NCBI GenBank assembly: GCA_030704615.1
Contig: CM060733.1
Location: 12,524,001 to 12,588,000, forward strand
Direction: 5' to 3'
Origin: Takakia lepidozioides
Taxonomy: Eukaryota > Plantae > Bryophyta
DNA: 64,000 nucleotides
The position numbers and the translations under genes are program-made. The notes under the pieces are model-generated. The model was not told the DNA's origin and made no database searches. It saw nothing but the letters and a program-made list of their open reading frames with translations. Positions within the stretch are counted from its first letter, which is position 1; each line of letters begins with the position of its first letter. Shown piece by piece: positions 25,801 to 41,400 of the stretch.

Positions 25801-28800
25801 GTTCAACCCCATGCAACCAAAAGTGATATCATTTAATGGTGGAGATGTCGTACCTATGGGAATTGAAATGAACCGATTACCAAATCCTCCTATCATTGCA
25901 GGCATAACCGTAAGGGGGTCGTTGAAGAAGCATGAGGTGCTGGGTAGATGTTTCTGCATGTGCTTCAGGAAGCTTCTGTAGCTCTGATTGCTGTGTTCAC
26001 TTAGAGATCATTATGACAAGAGTACCTGCCTACATTTTCTCTGGTTTCCTTGCTCTTTTTATTCCATGTGACTTTCCTTAATGTTTTGTTAATGTTCATG
26101 TTTGAAAGCTCTTCTTTACCTTGGTGTGCCTATCTCATTCTCATCATCTTTGCTTACCTCTCAAAATTGAGTTCAGAGTTTACTAGGCTCTCACATTTAC
26201 AACACCTGCCTACAAATCATCTGACATAACAACCAAACCTCTCCCCACCCCCCATGACCAAAAGAATTCTCTGCCTTCCTCCCTGTTGCTCCTTCTCATA
26301 GTTAACTAAATTCCGGCAGTAGAAGGGGTCCACATTTAAAATGGAAGGCCCTTCGGGTGAAGAGGCACCTTGGCAGGAGTCCACCATTTTGCATGTTTGA
26401 CTACTGCTAATAGCAATTTCTATTCTCTGTGAACTAAGCGATTTCATCTCGTGCTTGTAGCTACTTTCCACAATTTCTGGATGCATGCACGGGTTTGTTG
26501 GCAGAGGGTGGAGACCGAGACCCTGGCGTTCTAGAGCAGGTATTCTTGCCTGCATCCCAATGGCCACTAGTGCTTATAGTGGTAGTGAGTACAGCTCTGG
26601 TGAGACCTATCTGGATTTGCATATAACTCAATCCTGAGATGATATCATATTCAAGGGGTAGCTGGCCTTAATGAGCTATTTGCAGAACACTGTATAAATC
26701 GATTGTACCGGTGGGTGGGTATGTGGGAGCACAGGTGTTCACCTCGATCTCGTATATCATGAAGTATCTGAACAAGCTGCTCACCAAGGACATTCCATTT
26801 GCACTTAAGTGAGTGTCATGAGTCCTCTTTCTAATGTGCTGGTCTGCTGTCTTTGCCAGTCTTGGTGGGTATGGGACGTGGTTTTGCAGACGAGGGAAGC
26901 TAACATTGAAATGTGGTTAGGATTGTGGAACCTTGCATATGCCCAGCTAGAGATTATGCCACCATCTCCACCATGGGTTGCAACTCAAATCTATGTGGCA
27001 GAAGTTCCAATATTCTGCTGTTTCATTCACAGATCAGAGTGGCGGTTTTGCCTTGAAATGTAGGGTGACTAAGGGACTACGCTACTATCCACGGCCGTAC
27101 GTTCAAGAATTTGCTGCAGAAGCGGTCTCCTTTTTACTTCGGAATGCCTCCATTAAACAACTGATCAGAGGTATTTGATTTGAATAATTACTGGATTTGT
27201 TCTTTCAAAGATTTGTATCTCATGACTGTTTCTAATTTTGTCCACGTCTTCTCTCACTTTTAATACTGGAAACAGGCGGGCTACCATGGTCCCCTTTCTC
27301 TTGCACTTTCAGGTTTGGAAGTAACAGACTAAAATTTGTTGACTGTCAATGAAGCCTTGGGAATTTGGCACTGTTATTTGTTACCTTCCCCAGTATATAA
27401 TCAGAATAGTTCTACTTCGAGTTGATCTTGCAAATGCTGTGCAGGTGTCAGAAAGATGTTCGCAGAAGCCGAGGAAGATCCCAGTGATGAAAAAGTATCA
27501 GCTTGTGCTGCGCTCTTTTGCTACACACTGAAGGGTCCTTCCTCAGTTCTTCATTCTCGTGCGGAGCTTCTACTCCGCCTGTTGCTTGATCGCACCACTC
27601 TTTCTGGTTTGCATAGAAAGAATTTAGGTAAGTTTGTCTCGCACTGGCTTTTGTTGGTTAGCCTTTAGTCCTGGATTGCTTTAGAGTATGGAGCTTTTGC
27701 TGCTCTCTTGTCAGCATCAGGAAGTGGCATAAGCAAAACAGCAGATTGTGTATAGTAACTACTGATTCTTGCTTGGAACAGTGCTCCAGTGACCGCAACG
27801 AGTGTAGAATGGAGTCTTTTTTGGAGAGGGGAAAAGAGGGTTGGGGAGAGCAAATAAGTTAACTGCGAACGAGATGTTGTTTATGCAGGGAAGAAGGTTG
27901 CTCTGCGGGTTGTGACTGAGACGGTCCAGCGGTTATGCGAAGATTTCCACAGGGACAAGTTGGTCCTCCTCTGGGTTTGTCTCTTGGAAGAAATCAACCA
28001 GGAGTTGGATGGAATTTTGGAGCAAGTGCCTGAACAGAAACCCAGTAGCTTGCCGGAAAAATTATCCCAAGAGTTGTCTAAAGGCAACATCAAGGGGGAG
28101 GAGACTGTCAAAGTTAGGGCCCAGCGCCAGGAAAATGGGAATCTTCTCTCCAGTAGCATTATCATTCATCAAGGGGATCAGTATTTACACTTGATTGGTC
28201 TTCTGTTGCTGCTGAATAGCGCCCTTGAATTCAGGAAAGGAAGCCGTGTAAATGGTGGGTTGAAGTCATACCTTTTGCTTCTGTTAAGCTCTTAAGTTTG
28301 TGTAGTTTTGTACAGGATACTTGTGGTGCAAAGTAAGGCTATATTGCCTCTAATTTGGACTGCTATGCTCTTGTTGATTGAATGAGCTGGTTTCATGCAT
28401 TGGGAGACAACGAAGTAGTTGTACAGTACCATGCCTTGAAGGCAAAGTACAACAGTCAATATGATTGTAACATGTAGACCTCCTGTGTAGTTAATGCTAC
28501 CAAACAGAAAGGCCAGTAGTATTAACCTTTATTTTGTTAAGGATTTAGAAATCTGACTGTTTAAAATGCTGTTATGGTGCAGACTACAAACCACTATTTG
28601 CTCTTGCCTCCCGCATTTTGCATCCAAATGTATTTTCTCAAGAAGAGACAGAGATGTTGCCGATATTGGTGGGGCCATTATCTCCTTCCAAACTAGTGAC
28701 AGATCCAGCATTAAGACTCTGCTCTGAGGTACTGCGATTTTTACTGGCCTTGATGAAGAGCCACGGTAGAGTAGCTGGCGCGAGCTTCGGCCCAGGAATC

Positions 28801-29366
28801 ATAGCCAAGGCTGCCCCATCCTGGGGTGTTGCATTTGGCTGTCAGAGGCCCATTTGGTACGGACTTTGCTATTTGAGAGAGAGCGTGAAGTAGTTTGGGT
28901 GACAGCCCAACACTGGTCTGTCTGCAATTGGCGGTCTCTGCCAGTTGGCCTACTAGTGTCAGAATTGCTGGGGTGTCAAGGTTTGTTTTTGTTGAAAAGA
29001 AAGAACATAATTAGCATCATAATGTCCACATGAAGTCCAAAGAGCTTAGACTTGTGTGTGTATGCGAGAGAGAGAAATGAAATGACAGAACAATATCCCC
29101 AAGTTAAAGAAGAAAAACCAGAAGAGAATGTATGCCTTGTGGCCATAGACCCCACGCACAATTTGGGCGGAACAGGAGGAAACAGACACTACCTTCGTGA
29201 GGGGCTCACATTCGGTAGTGGGGCTTAGTTTGATATAAACAATTTGTTCGGGGTTTCATACGTCCTCTAGAAAGCCCTGCACACAAGCATCAATCTGCTG
29301 TGTATGAGTTGCCCAGCAATTAGAACCCAGTGGGGCCAGGGCCTTAGGCCCAGCCTTGAGATGAAC

Positions 29367-29416
<50 letters not shown>

Positions 29417-32400
29417 CGCTATTGGGAAAGCATATGAATTGAGTAGATTGTTGCACTTGTAAGTATTTCAGAAATATAAACTGTCGATCTGAGATCCTTA
29501 TACTCTGTGGAATGTCCTACAGTGTACTGCCTTTCTTGAGGGGCATCATTGAGCAGGATGTCGACTTGGTGCGCTTGTTCACTCCTTATTTGCTTCGGTT
29601 TGTCATCCCCACCTTGTTGTTTTTGTTTGATTTGTGGCCTTTGGATTGGGTGTGATTCGATGCTATTAGTGCATTGAAGCTTTTATGGTGGACAAACAAG
29701 TGTCTGTCCTGTTCTGATATGAATTGTCTGCATGTATCTCTCTGTCATCCTGTTCCATGTTTTCCTTCGGGTCTGTCACTTTCTCTACTTTCCACTTCCT
29801 GGACACACATTGTCATGAAATGAGTTAATCATCTAAAAGGTTTGGGATTCACATCATTCAAAGCCCGTTACTCCTTGCTCTTTACCGTCAATGATAGACA
29901 TTGGGTTTGGTTACACAACCTTTTTTGGTGATCTGGGAAAAAGTGTTTGAGACTAAGTAGTCCAAGTGAATCATGATGCTGCGATTTGTGGATGGGGATT
30001 GAGGCTGGTACTTTACCATTGCCGTACCTTCTTGCATGACATGTGGAAGATGGTACACCCACTTACATGGCGTGGAGCATCTCCATCAGCTTTGGTTTTC
30101 CAGCTTTCCATTAGCCGATCGTCTTTTTTTTTTTCTTGCTAAAAATCCTTTTAAGAAACACCTTACATGTTGACTTCTGGACAATGGATTTTCTTGCAGG
30201 GCTCTCAGCAGTCTAATAGCAAGCCATACCTCAGAAGCGCTCCCTTTGCTCCTAGATCTGTGCTTGAAAATGGATCCAATGGCGAAATGCGCATTTTTGT
30301 TGAAGAATTTGCCAGACAGCGGAGAGCTGGTTAGGTTTGTCAATGGCTTGATCGAAGCCTCAACATCACGACTAAGACCGGTTCTGAATAAAGAGGAGGA
30401 AGACAAAGGGAATGCAGAGGATGTGCTAGCTATGGAACCGCCTATGGTGTGGGCAGCGCTGCAGTGCTTCCCTTACGTAGTTGAGTCTGAGGGGGACAAT
30501 TCAGTGCAGGCATGGGAGTACGCACTGGCAGTTGAAGACCATTTGTTCTCCATTGACAAACGTATTTGATCGCCTCCCTCTCTCAGTCTTTCCCTAAATG
30601 TGGCCACAAGGCTAGGCAAACAACGTCTTATGAGTACATTCTTTCTTTCATTTCCTTTCTTTCTGTGGTTCTAACGTGTTATTCTACTTATGTCCCTTGA
30701 TGTTGTCTTTACTTTTTTAGTCTCCATCCTCTCGTTCACAACTTGACAACGCGAGTAATGCCGGCACTGGAAGGGCCGTGGGGCAGAGAATCATTGCAAG
30801 TTGTGAAAGTCCAAGGGAAATGAAATGAAATGAAATGGTGCTTTATAACATCCGCGGAAAGCTCGTAGAGCTTATGGGACAAAATGGAAGAAAACATGAG
30901 AGAGGAACAAATCCAGAAACCACAATTAATGTTCTAGCGATTGTCTAAGGGTGAAGGCCTCGTGTAGGTAGGCTGCCACGCATTTTTGATCCTCATAGTG
31001 AAAGACATCAGTGAGAGTTTGGGTTCCACTGAATAAACAGTGAAATCTCCCACGGATCTCGTAGTATAGAGGGCAGTAGAAGAAGAAGTGCTCTTCAGTT
31101 TCAATTTCCTTGCTGCGCCCTCTGCAAGCTGGATATAGGCGGTCCTCCCGTTGCAGGTTTTCCCATCTGCCAGTCTCTATCCGTAGGTTGTGGGAACCCA
31201 CCCTGAACCGCCCCAATGCCCTCAAGAGGGAAGGAGATAAGGGTGCTGAAAGGTAATTTGGTCTCAAGATTCTATCATCGCGGAGCACCAAGAATGTCTC
31301 TCGATAGAAGTGGAGCTTTGTCGTGAGATTGGGTAGCATCCAAGTTCTCTTGACATGTAATTCCATAAGCTCTCTCCGAATGAGTCTGTTGCGGTCATGT
31401 CTGGATGTGATGTCCACCTCATCTGGGTTCATTGGTAATAGGAAAGCAGTAGATAGTCCGTTACGTTGAAATAAACTGTCCACTCAAGCATACCAGGAGT
31501 TCCTGAAACCTGCAGCTTTGAGCCTCATAGATGTTGTGAGGGCCCTTGCCACTAGCCCTTTGGGTGGAAGGGCCTGCAATCTATGGAGAAAGATTGTAAG
31601 CCTGAAGAGGGCCTCGGATTGCAATGGTACACATGCGAACTCTGCACCTAGGATCTGAGATGGAGTTGTGCTCCTGGCGCCAAGCATTGCTTGGAGAAAA
31701 GATGACTGTAATGGTTCCAAATTCTTTTCCCACCAGGAGACAGGGACACCAGGTGCCCAGAACTCACAACCATAGATGGTAGCAGGGCTGACGACGGTGT
31801 CAAACAGCCACTTTTTGGTCGGGGGATGCCGCAGATGTATTTGCTTGCATTTGGCCTGAAGGCGGACGGAGGCCGCCTTACCTTTAGTCAACCTGTCCAA
31901 GGCAGTGGCTGCAAAGTGAAACTCGGGGGAGTGGATAACCAGACATAGGTACCGGTATGATTTCACAATCTCAATTTCCTGCTGGTTGAAGATGAATCTA
32001 CGATCAGCCTGGCCATTGAAGACCATGATCTTGGTCTTGCTAAGATTGACCTGCATCCCATAGTCTTTGCAGAACTGTTCCAAAATTTTGAGATGGCGTT
32101 GCAGAAAGACCGGGGATTGTGCCAAAAGGGCAACATCATCAGCATAGAGGAGATCTGATTGGGTTGGTCCCCCATCCAATGGGACCCCAACCCCATGGTT
32201 TTTTGATATGTAATTCTCCAAGGCGTCAATGTAGATCCGGAACAGGGTAGGTGAAAGGGGGCAGCCCTGTTTGACTCCAATGTTGCTGTGGATCTCGGCT
32301 GAGAATTCACCAGCGACGTTGACCATGCCAGTGACAATCTCATACATAGAAGAGATGGCACAAAGGATGTCTGGAGGGACTTGCACTCTATGGAGCCGTT

Positions 32401-35400
32401 GGAAGAGAAGGTCCCGAGGAACTGAATCAAAGGCTTCGTGAAAGTCCACGAAGCAAACATAGACCATTCTTTTGTCATAGCGTGCACTTTCCACCATAAC
32501 TTGAAGAGTGAAGATGTGGTCAATAGTGGATCGGTTTCGACGGAAACCAGCCTGTCCCTCAGCACAAATGCGAGAGTACTCAGCCCAATCATCCAGTTCC
32601 ATGGCCACTACTGCCCCAAACAGTTTAGCAAGTAATGAGGACACCATGATAGTACGATAGTTTGTCGGTGCGAGCCTGTCACCGCTCTTAAAAAGTGGGT
32701 GGATGATGCTCTTTGTCCACTCTGTTGGAAAGCCCCGTTGCACCACCTCATTGAAGAGGTTAGCTATAAAAGGGAGAAGGGAGAAACGTCGCAGACTGTA
32801 TCTCCAAGTATTCTAACCCCAACAGAAGGGAAGAAGCCCCTAGACATCAGCACCTACTCTGCAAAGTACAGTGAGGCTGAGGTCAAAAGCTATGACAAGC
32901 CTCAGAAGACCATTTTCTGTCTTCTATAATATTTGGGGGAATCAGTTGTGGAAGTCTCTGTTGGTACATAGAACTACCACTATCAGGAATCAAAATATAG
33001 AAGTTTACACTGCTTGGTTTTATATTTAGTACTTGGTTTCTGTTGGTTTATCATAGTAGACAAGTTTTCTAGAGCCCCCTTCTTATTTTATTCTCATGAA
33101 AAGGAATGCCACAAGGCTTACATGTCTAAGGGATGGCTGTGCTGATTACTTGAAGTATCAACAGTGGGATTGGAGGAGACATACAGGTGTAGATGCACCT
33201 GCCAGGGAGAGACATTTTGACATGATGTGCGTCAATGTACAGGAGATATTGAAGGAGGCATAGAAGAAACTGGTGATGACATGAAGAAGCTGTGGGAAGC
33301 TTTGTTGGGGACAGCTCTATCTGCACATACAAAAGTTCTTGGGAGGACACCCATTTCACTGACTATGAGGAAATGTGCAAGTACATATATAGGTTTCGCA
33401 GCCCGCCACCCCCAGTCAGCCATTGTCTTGAGAGCTGTTGCTGACTTTCTGGATGTATCATCTGGGTATCCATTCATTCTCAGCTTTCTCTCAAACTCTT
33501 TCTGTGCCTTTTTCCAATTTTCGTTGCTCTGGGCTTCTATATCCAAATGATAATTATAATTGAGGAATTTTGTCTTCGGTGGACAAGGGCTACTGTAGAC
33601 TGAGGGATTGAGTGGATTCTATGCTAGAGTCTCTCTTGTGCATTACATAGGTTCTGTGCCCATCAGGCAAATTGGCATGTGGGTGTGATGAGTTCATGTT
33701 TGAAAATTATGATGATCTGCCACTGTCTACACTCAGCTCACAATCTTCGTATGTGTTCTTTCAGCAATGGAGGTGATAAGCCAAGGGAATATCCAAAAGA
33801 GTTTTGCACAGCAGCATCTCTTAAATTTCTGAAAGTTGTGGAAGCAAATGTTGGGATGCCTAACAAAGCACTTAGACTTGCCACACTACGGGTTTTGAAC
33901 CATTTTGAACCCCTTATCATACCAGGCCATGAAGATGACCCAGGCATAGTGGACCAACGCGCAGCCAATAATGGACGGCCACAGGAGAATAATGATGGGT
34001 TCCATAGTCAGGTATACATTCATTCCTAGGATTTGATCAGTATGTAGTCCTAAAGAAACCTGGTTCTGCAGTTTATGTTTGTTTCTGGCAAGTTTGGCAG
34101 ATTTGTCTATATCTAGTTATGTGATTAATCAGGTGATTTTAAGAACCGATATGATTGGCAAGCAGAGGATGCAATGGTAAAAGATCTGGATGTACTTACG
34201 CATGTTTGGGTGATGGGCATATGGGCCAGGTAGTGAGTATTCAGATGAAAGTGAGCAGAAGTTACTGACTCCACAGCTTGCTTTCTTTGTGCTTGCAGCT
34301 GATACAGCAGCTGCTGTTGATAGAAGCAACGCCTGTATGCCTCGAGAATTGCCGCCAAATCAGCCTTTTGGTTGCACGCATCAAAGTGGATGTGGCTTCT
34401 GGCAGGACTCCGGCAGCTTACATGGTGCTACTTGTCCATAATATGATTGGTGTGCTGCGCAACCGTTTGGAATTGTTGTGGGATGCAGCCATGGACTGCC
34501 TTGCTAGTTTGGTGGACAGACAGGGCAGTGTGGCATGGGATGTTTTGATGGTCCACCTAGAGGCGTTCCAGCAGCTATTTCTGTCTCAGCTAAAGGGGAG
34601 CACTAAAAAAGCTGTGCAAGAAGATGAGCAGAGCGGGCCATGGGGTGAGTTCTTTGTCGCTGTTAGGGTGAATATGAGGATCAGGTGCAGAGGTTTTTCA
34701 CCACTGTTTCTCCAGTGATGACCATGGAGGGAACCAAGAAGGAGGTTGAGATAGGAGAAATTTGAAGAGTGGACAAGACATGTCATGTTACTCTCCACTA
34801 TCTAGAAAATAGGCAGAGCTGAGGGTGAGCCAAGGGGGAGGGGTTAGATGTGCAGGATGGGTCATGCTTTTATCTGTTGAAGGTCATGATCTATCACAAT
34901 CTATTTTCCTATCCAAGGTACATTTTCTGTCCAATTGCTGTTACCTTGTAGACATCGACGTTTGAAGGGGTGGTTGATGATTTTAAATGTCCAGTGAACC
35001 TAAGGACCACAAATAAGGAGTATATTTCTCTCGCTTTCCATTCTCATCTTCTCATTCGTATCGCTTCTGGGATCGCCCGCAGATTGGTGGTCGCGATTGA
35101 ATATGCAGTTGTCTGGAAATAATGAAAGCACAGACAATGGTACCTTGCTTACATTGCTGATTCGGACAGTGCAAAGGCTACCCAAGTTTGCAGAGGCCCG
35201 ATCACGACAACTTGTACCTCTGTTTCTTGCATTTGTTGGTGAAGCAGCCAATGAGGAGGACAGGTTGGTCTTTAGTCATGTTGTATGCCTTTTGTACTTT
35301 ACTTGGGAAAGGACTCGTTGACAGTAGTATATTTATGCCAAGACAATCTTAAGAAAGAGTTTTTGTCCTACTGTGTACAATGGGCACCCTGGACATGGGA

Positions 35401-38400
35401 ATGTTTATTTCTTTTCTTTCCCTCTCTATCTCTTTCTCAAACACACCCTTGAGGAGTGGATCTGCCTGGGTTGCGCCACAGGTGAAGGGGAGACAGCATC
35501 ATTTCTTGGTCTGGTGCCCTGCATACTGTGAGTTCTGAGGCAGATTCTTGTCTGTTTAGAGATCCCCCATCCCTGGCAGATTCCTTCGAGCACCGGAAGT
35601 GTTTTGTAGCTTACCTGCATAGCACATTCTTCGTTTAATCACACTTGACTAGCTCCCTGGGGATTTCTTTGCTTGGTTCTTTGCTGTTCTACTTTTCTAT
35701 TTCTGTTACTCCGTATCAATCTTTGTCTCTGCTTTTCTTTGAGGAAAGGGGCATTACCCCCTATCAGTAAGATCAGTGACGTGAGGTTCTTGCTAACACC
35801 TCGGGGCAACTGGGTTGGTGGAAAGAAGGGACGGAAAGTAGTACACCAAGATAAGCATGCTCTTGCCTTGCAGGCTTTGGGATAATGATGCATCTCGCTA
35901 TACCCCAAGGATCTTGTATTGTCCTCTGCATCTGTCCGACATATGGGGTCTATGTGGGGGCATTGCAGTGAGAAGGTGGAGGTTCATCGAGGAGGGAAGG
36001 ATTGGAAGTTGTCTCTGAAGGAATGGTTGACTATGCTCAAAGAAATGCGAAATTCACGTTCACTCTTCAAAAGCTCAGTTGTTAAGGATATTCTAGAAAA
36101 TAGGTGAGGCTCTATTCAAAGTGTGGTGAGTCTCATTTGCCAGGAGTTCAATTTTTTGCTCAAAGGGCAAATCAAAAGGAAGTTGTCTAGATGGAATCAC
36201 TTTCTCACATAGGAATGAAACTCTGTGATTCTGCAGTACATCTTTAACTTGTTGATTCTGCAAAGTTCCGCAGCACTGTGGTCTGTCTATTCAATCAGTC
36301 TCTGCCCCGCGGCAGATGGAGCTCCTGTTAAATTTTTGACTGGAACCTCTGGCAGTTGTGTGTTGACAAGAGAGGAGAGCATGTGAAGGGTTAAGGGCCA
36401 TTTGTTCCACATCCCTCTTCAGTTGTCCCTCCTTAATCAGATGGACAAATCTTGCCCTGATTAGAAGGATGTAATGTTTGGTTTTGCAGGACTCTTATGG
36501 ACCGTGACCCTGCCATCCAGCGGTTAAGTCTTGAGTGTCTACTAAATTGGAAAGATGGGTATCTGACAACTTATGCAGAGCACCTAGAGAACCTTATTTC
36601 TTACACAACTCTTCGAGACGAACTAGTCACATGGAATGTTGGGAGAGACAGCCATCAGGTGCAGGAGGAGCACCGAAGGGGCTTGGTTTCAGTCGTTGTG
36701 CGGATTCTCTATCCTAAAATCATGAAACGCAGTGCCAAATTTTCAGGGAAGGTGAGACATGTGGATATGCTTTGCTCTGTCATTTCCTTACTATTTTCTT
36801 CGTAGTCACATTTGGTGCATATGTTGTAGGCTCGAGGGCTGGAGCTTTGCTAGCCTAGAGACAAATCAATATTCCGTTGCCTAAGCGGATTGCTCTTGAC
36901 TGTGCTCAAGCAGTGTCAGTTTTGGTTGAAGTTAGTATCTTGGTAGGACATATTCCACCCAAGGGGACGTCATAGGCATATCGACAGTGAAGAGTCAGTG
37001 AGTAAGGGCACCTCATTCCCTATGTTGCTGCATCATGTATCTTCAGCAAATCCAAGTAGTGCATTTGGGGTGCTTGGAATGACTTCAAGAATTCAGACTC
37101 AGAAATATATTATTGAGTTGGGAAGTGACAGGTTAAATCCCTTTTTACATATGAGTCATCTGTGTGGGTACTCAACTTGGACTGCAGGTAGCAGCAGGCA
37201 TTCAAAGGAATGCAGTGCTTTCATTTTTGGCACATCTGGAAACAAGAGAGTTGGCCTCTCTGTTCTGCCTTCTGTTAAAGCCACTTCAGTCAGCGTTTTC
37301 CAAGGATGAGGGGGCAGCATATGGCAGATCAAAGTTCAACTGGGAGGCTGCTATGGAGCAGGATAGGGTCAGCTCTGATTTTATTGAATGGGTTGATTAC
37401 AAAGCAGTTGCCAGACTTCCTTTCAAAAGGAAGATGGGGTTTTTGAATATGGTTAAAGATGCACTTGAAATTTTTGACCAGGAAAGATTGGGACCATATC
37501 TGCATGCTCTGCTAGCCTTAGTTTTCAAATGCCTTGAAGGAGCATGTCGAAGCAGTGAAGATATTGAGGTTGACAGCAAAACATTGGCAGAGATAACAAC
37601 CATTGAGGGCAATGATGAGTCAGAAACTGTGGCTGGGAGTGTGGCCTCTGATGCACAGGGCACATCAACTGTCAGCGAGTTAATGGACAGTGAGGCTGGA
37701 GATGACAGGTCTGAAATGAATGCCTCCGGTGTGAACACTGAAGATTTGGGAACCATGGATATTGGTGAAGGTGAAGCAGGTATGTCGTCACTATACTCTG
37801 CCCTTTGAGTTAAATGGCCAAATTTCTCAACAATTCATGATTGATTAGCCCACCAATATTTGCCATCATTCCAACATCTAGGTCTCCTGATATCTGAATT
37901 TCTTTATGCAGGTGGGAAAGTGGAGGCAGCTAAAGGAGAAGAAGAGGTAGAGCAGGATACCTTTGAAATTCAGAGGGTCTCAAAGACCACGCCCGGAGGT
38001 AACCACGAAATTCGGACACTGTGCTTGAGGGTAATCTCCACAGTACTGACCAAATTTCAGAACCTGGATTTTAATCCCTTATATTGGGACATCTTCTTCT
38101 ATGCAATCGCACGGTCCATCCAGAGATTCACTTTAGAGAATTCAACTAGCAGTATGCCTGGGGCTCTCTTTGCCTGCCTGTTGGCTATGTCTCGGAGTGT
38201 GGGGCTTGCGCCATTACTAGCTCGGGACCCAGCTGTAATCCCAAACGTCATAGCAGTGCTCAGTGCAAAGGCGGCCTCACCAGCGATTGTGACCACGGTC
38301 CTTAGCTTTGTGGAGAATATACTCAACTTGGGGGATGAGGGGGATGAAGGGGAGGGAAAGGAAGTTGTGAGAACAGTGTTGCTGCGACATCTTTATGATC

Positions 38401-41400
38401 TTCTTTCCAGAGTGCATGATTTATTGGCCAATCGTCGGGAGCGGACAATGTAAGAGCCTCTCTCAGAGCCGTGTTTTGTGTCCTTTGATGTGATCTAATT
38501 GGTTTTCTTGTGATTGTGCTCGGTCCCATGGGCTCTCTGGCTCACGGCATGCTACACGCTCCTTTATTCTTTCCTCTCTCAAATCGTAATGATGCCAAAT
38601 GTTTAAATACCCAGTCATGTTATTGTAAGTTTGGTTGCCGGTGTAGTGTTGGTGGGGCAGGTGGAAAATTTTGCACATGTCATTTCTCTTGTTGGAATGT
38701 CACGTGACTTGAGAGATGACTGGATAAGTCTGCTGTTCATTGCACCTGTTAATACATAGATTGCCTGCTCAATTTTGAATGCATTGTGGTTGAGAAGATT
38801 CTTGCAGCAATTTTAATAAAGTTTGCCTAAATATGTTTGCACCAGGCTCCAGTAACTGATTTTAGCTATTACTTTCTCCTTTTTGTTCACTGCCAATTGT
38901 GTTGCTAGTGTACCATGCTACTCTTTTGCTGACATTGTTCTCTTGACAACAATCTGGTTTCTCTTGCAGTGGAAAAAGAGTGGTGTTTTCAGTGAGATGG
39001 GAGTTCAGCATACTTATTCGTCTTGCCCAATACATCACTGTGTCTGAGGAGGCAGGAAAGCTAGTGGATGTGTTGCTACCTTTCCTGACGGTGAAGAAGC
39101 ACATAGATCAGGGTGAGTACAAACAATTCTGTATATCTCAATCTTTTCACTGCCTCCTTTAGAAGGCATGGCAGTCCAGGGAGGTGCAATGATGGAATTG
39201 TCGGTCCAGTCAGTTTGGATGGCTTGAGCTGTTTCCTGCAGTGTCCAGTTTTTTGCTACTTTGTACTCTATCAGATAACCGTAACCTATTGTTTTTCTGT
39301 CAACCAGTGGGTTTGGTTTGGGAAATGATCTAAAGACCATTTTTCTCATGGCAGAGGCGTGTTCTGAGGTGCTGCACATAATCAAGGGCCTTGCACCAGC
39401 ATTGGATACTAAGATCATCAATAAGTGTCTGCCTGTCCTGGCCCCTCTCTTGGCATCTCTCGCTGCACAAGATGTGAGGGTAGCTGTCTCGCAAAGTCTG
39501 CGAGCATTTGTGCAAGTGGAGCCTTCTCTGCTTGCTGTGGTATGGTGGCCCTCTCGAGACCTATAATTGTTTTTTCCTCTGCATCTACTCCACCGCTCTT
39601 TTTTATATTTGTTGATACAGTTGATTTCAGTCCTCCTCTCTTCAGATGCCCTTTTCCATTCTGCTACTCCGCTTGGTTTCAAACCATGTGGGGATCAAAT
39701 TCTGATAAGCTTGTGCAAGCATAGAATAATACCCTATCCTGCTATCTGCCAGTTACAACCCTTGCTTTTAGTCCTCTTCGTCATGTTCAACTTTTATTTG
39801 TGTCCCAGGAGCTTCGAACAAAATGAAGAGGCATAGAACTTTCCTGAACTTGTTTCCAGTCTTTGACATGGGTGAGGACCTTAAGGATGACCTGAAGGGC
39901 CTACCTACCTTTGGTACTAGACTGAAATTTAGACTCAGGGCAGGGAGTCTACCTGCAACAATAAACACGGAGAGACTATCAATGTCCGATGTTTGAGCAA
40001 CCTGAAGACAATATCCATCATGTTTGGGGTATGCTCATCAGAGAGTGACTCTCTTCAGGACAAGCAAGAACATCGTCCCTGCACATCTGTTCTCCAACTT
40101 TCAAAAACTCGAGGCAGCCTAAAGCCCTGTTCCTGTTGGGGTCTAACTGCTGGGCAGATCACACACAGCAGATTGATGCTTGTGTGAAGGGCTTTAGGAA
40201 ATCTTGATGACTCAACAAGTTGTTTATTTCAAAGGTCAGTCCCCCTACCGGAGTGAGCCCCTCACAATGGTAGTGTCTGTTCTAGCGTGGGGTCTATGGC
40301 CACAAAGCTATGGCAAACATCTTATGAGTACATTTTGTCCCAGGAACTTCTGTGACCATGTAAGAGAGAGCCTATCTGGGGTGCACAGTACGCCAACGCC
40401 AGACGTTTCAGTTTAGATAACATAGGATCAAATCTTTGGGAATCAGTGAGGTCATGCCCAATGAATTGATGCCCAACTATGCACTGGATATTGCAGGCAG
40501 ACTTGATAGCAGATCTCAATGCTATGTCAACAAGCACACTTGAAGAATATGATTATGAACGCCGGCTTCAGGCTTACGAGCGGATCAACCCCTCTCTTTT
40601 CTCTCTCCTGACACGACCACAAGCACTGCTAGTCCTCTCGCATGCAGTGTACGACATGGGTTTGGAAGATATGTCTCTGAGGCACAGCTCTTCGAATTGC
40701 TTGCAGTCATTCGTCCAGTTCGCCTCCTCTCTTGCAAACGAGGAGGCCCCTGACATCTCAAGAGAGATCAAAAGAGGTGATCTGGAAGAGAAATATAAAG
40801 AGAGTGAGGTTGGAGGCCTTGCTGTGTCTTCATGTGCCATTGTGGGTGAACTGCATGAGGAGGGTGAAGAGGGGCATGAGAAGCATTTGAGAGCAGCAGC
40901 CCGGTCAGTGAAATCCTTGGTACCACAGTTTCTACTTCCACATGTTCGCAATTCAATGGGCTCTGAGCTGCTGGTTGTTAGAAGGGTATGTCTCAATTCT
41001 CTTTGATGTTCAAAGGTGACTCTGTCAAGAAATTGTGTATAGATAGAGCAGGAATAGAATTCACTAAATGGCCCCCTAGAGCTTTGTGCTGTTTTGGAGA
41101 GCAAAAAATTCTTCGTTATCATATGATGGTACAAGCTTCTCACACCTCATATCCTGGCAGTGGATTTTGAGTTGCCTGCAATGACTGCTAGCTTAAGACA
41201 TTCACTAAATGGCCTCCTTGGGCTGAGATTTTTGTTCATTATGTTTGAGTCACCTTATCTCTCCCTTGCTTTGGCTGGACTCTAGAGCTTCCCGCAGTGA
41301 CTTTTATCTTGGAATGATGATTGAATCTTGTTGAACATAGAGGTAATAGGTCTATTTTGGACACATGAACTTGAAAGAAAACAGGGTTTGATCTTTTTAC

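Noticed and set aside
33467-33764. UTP20 intron beginning GTATCCAT as a second U12 intron
   Set aside because: Donor deviates from GTATCCTT, there is no TCCTTRAC branch site, and a normal pyrimidine-rich acceptor is present
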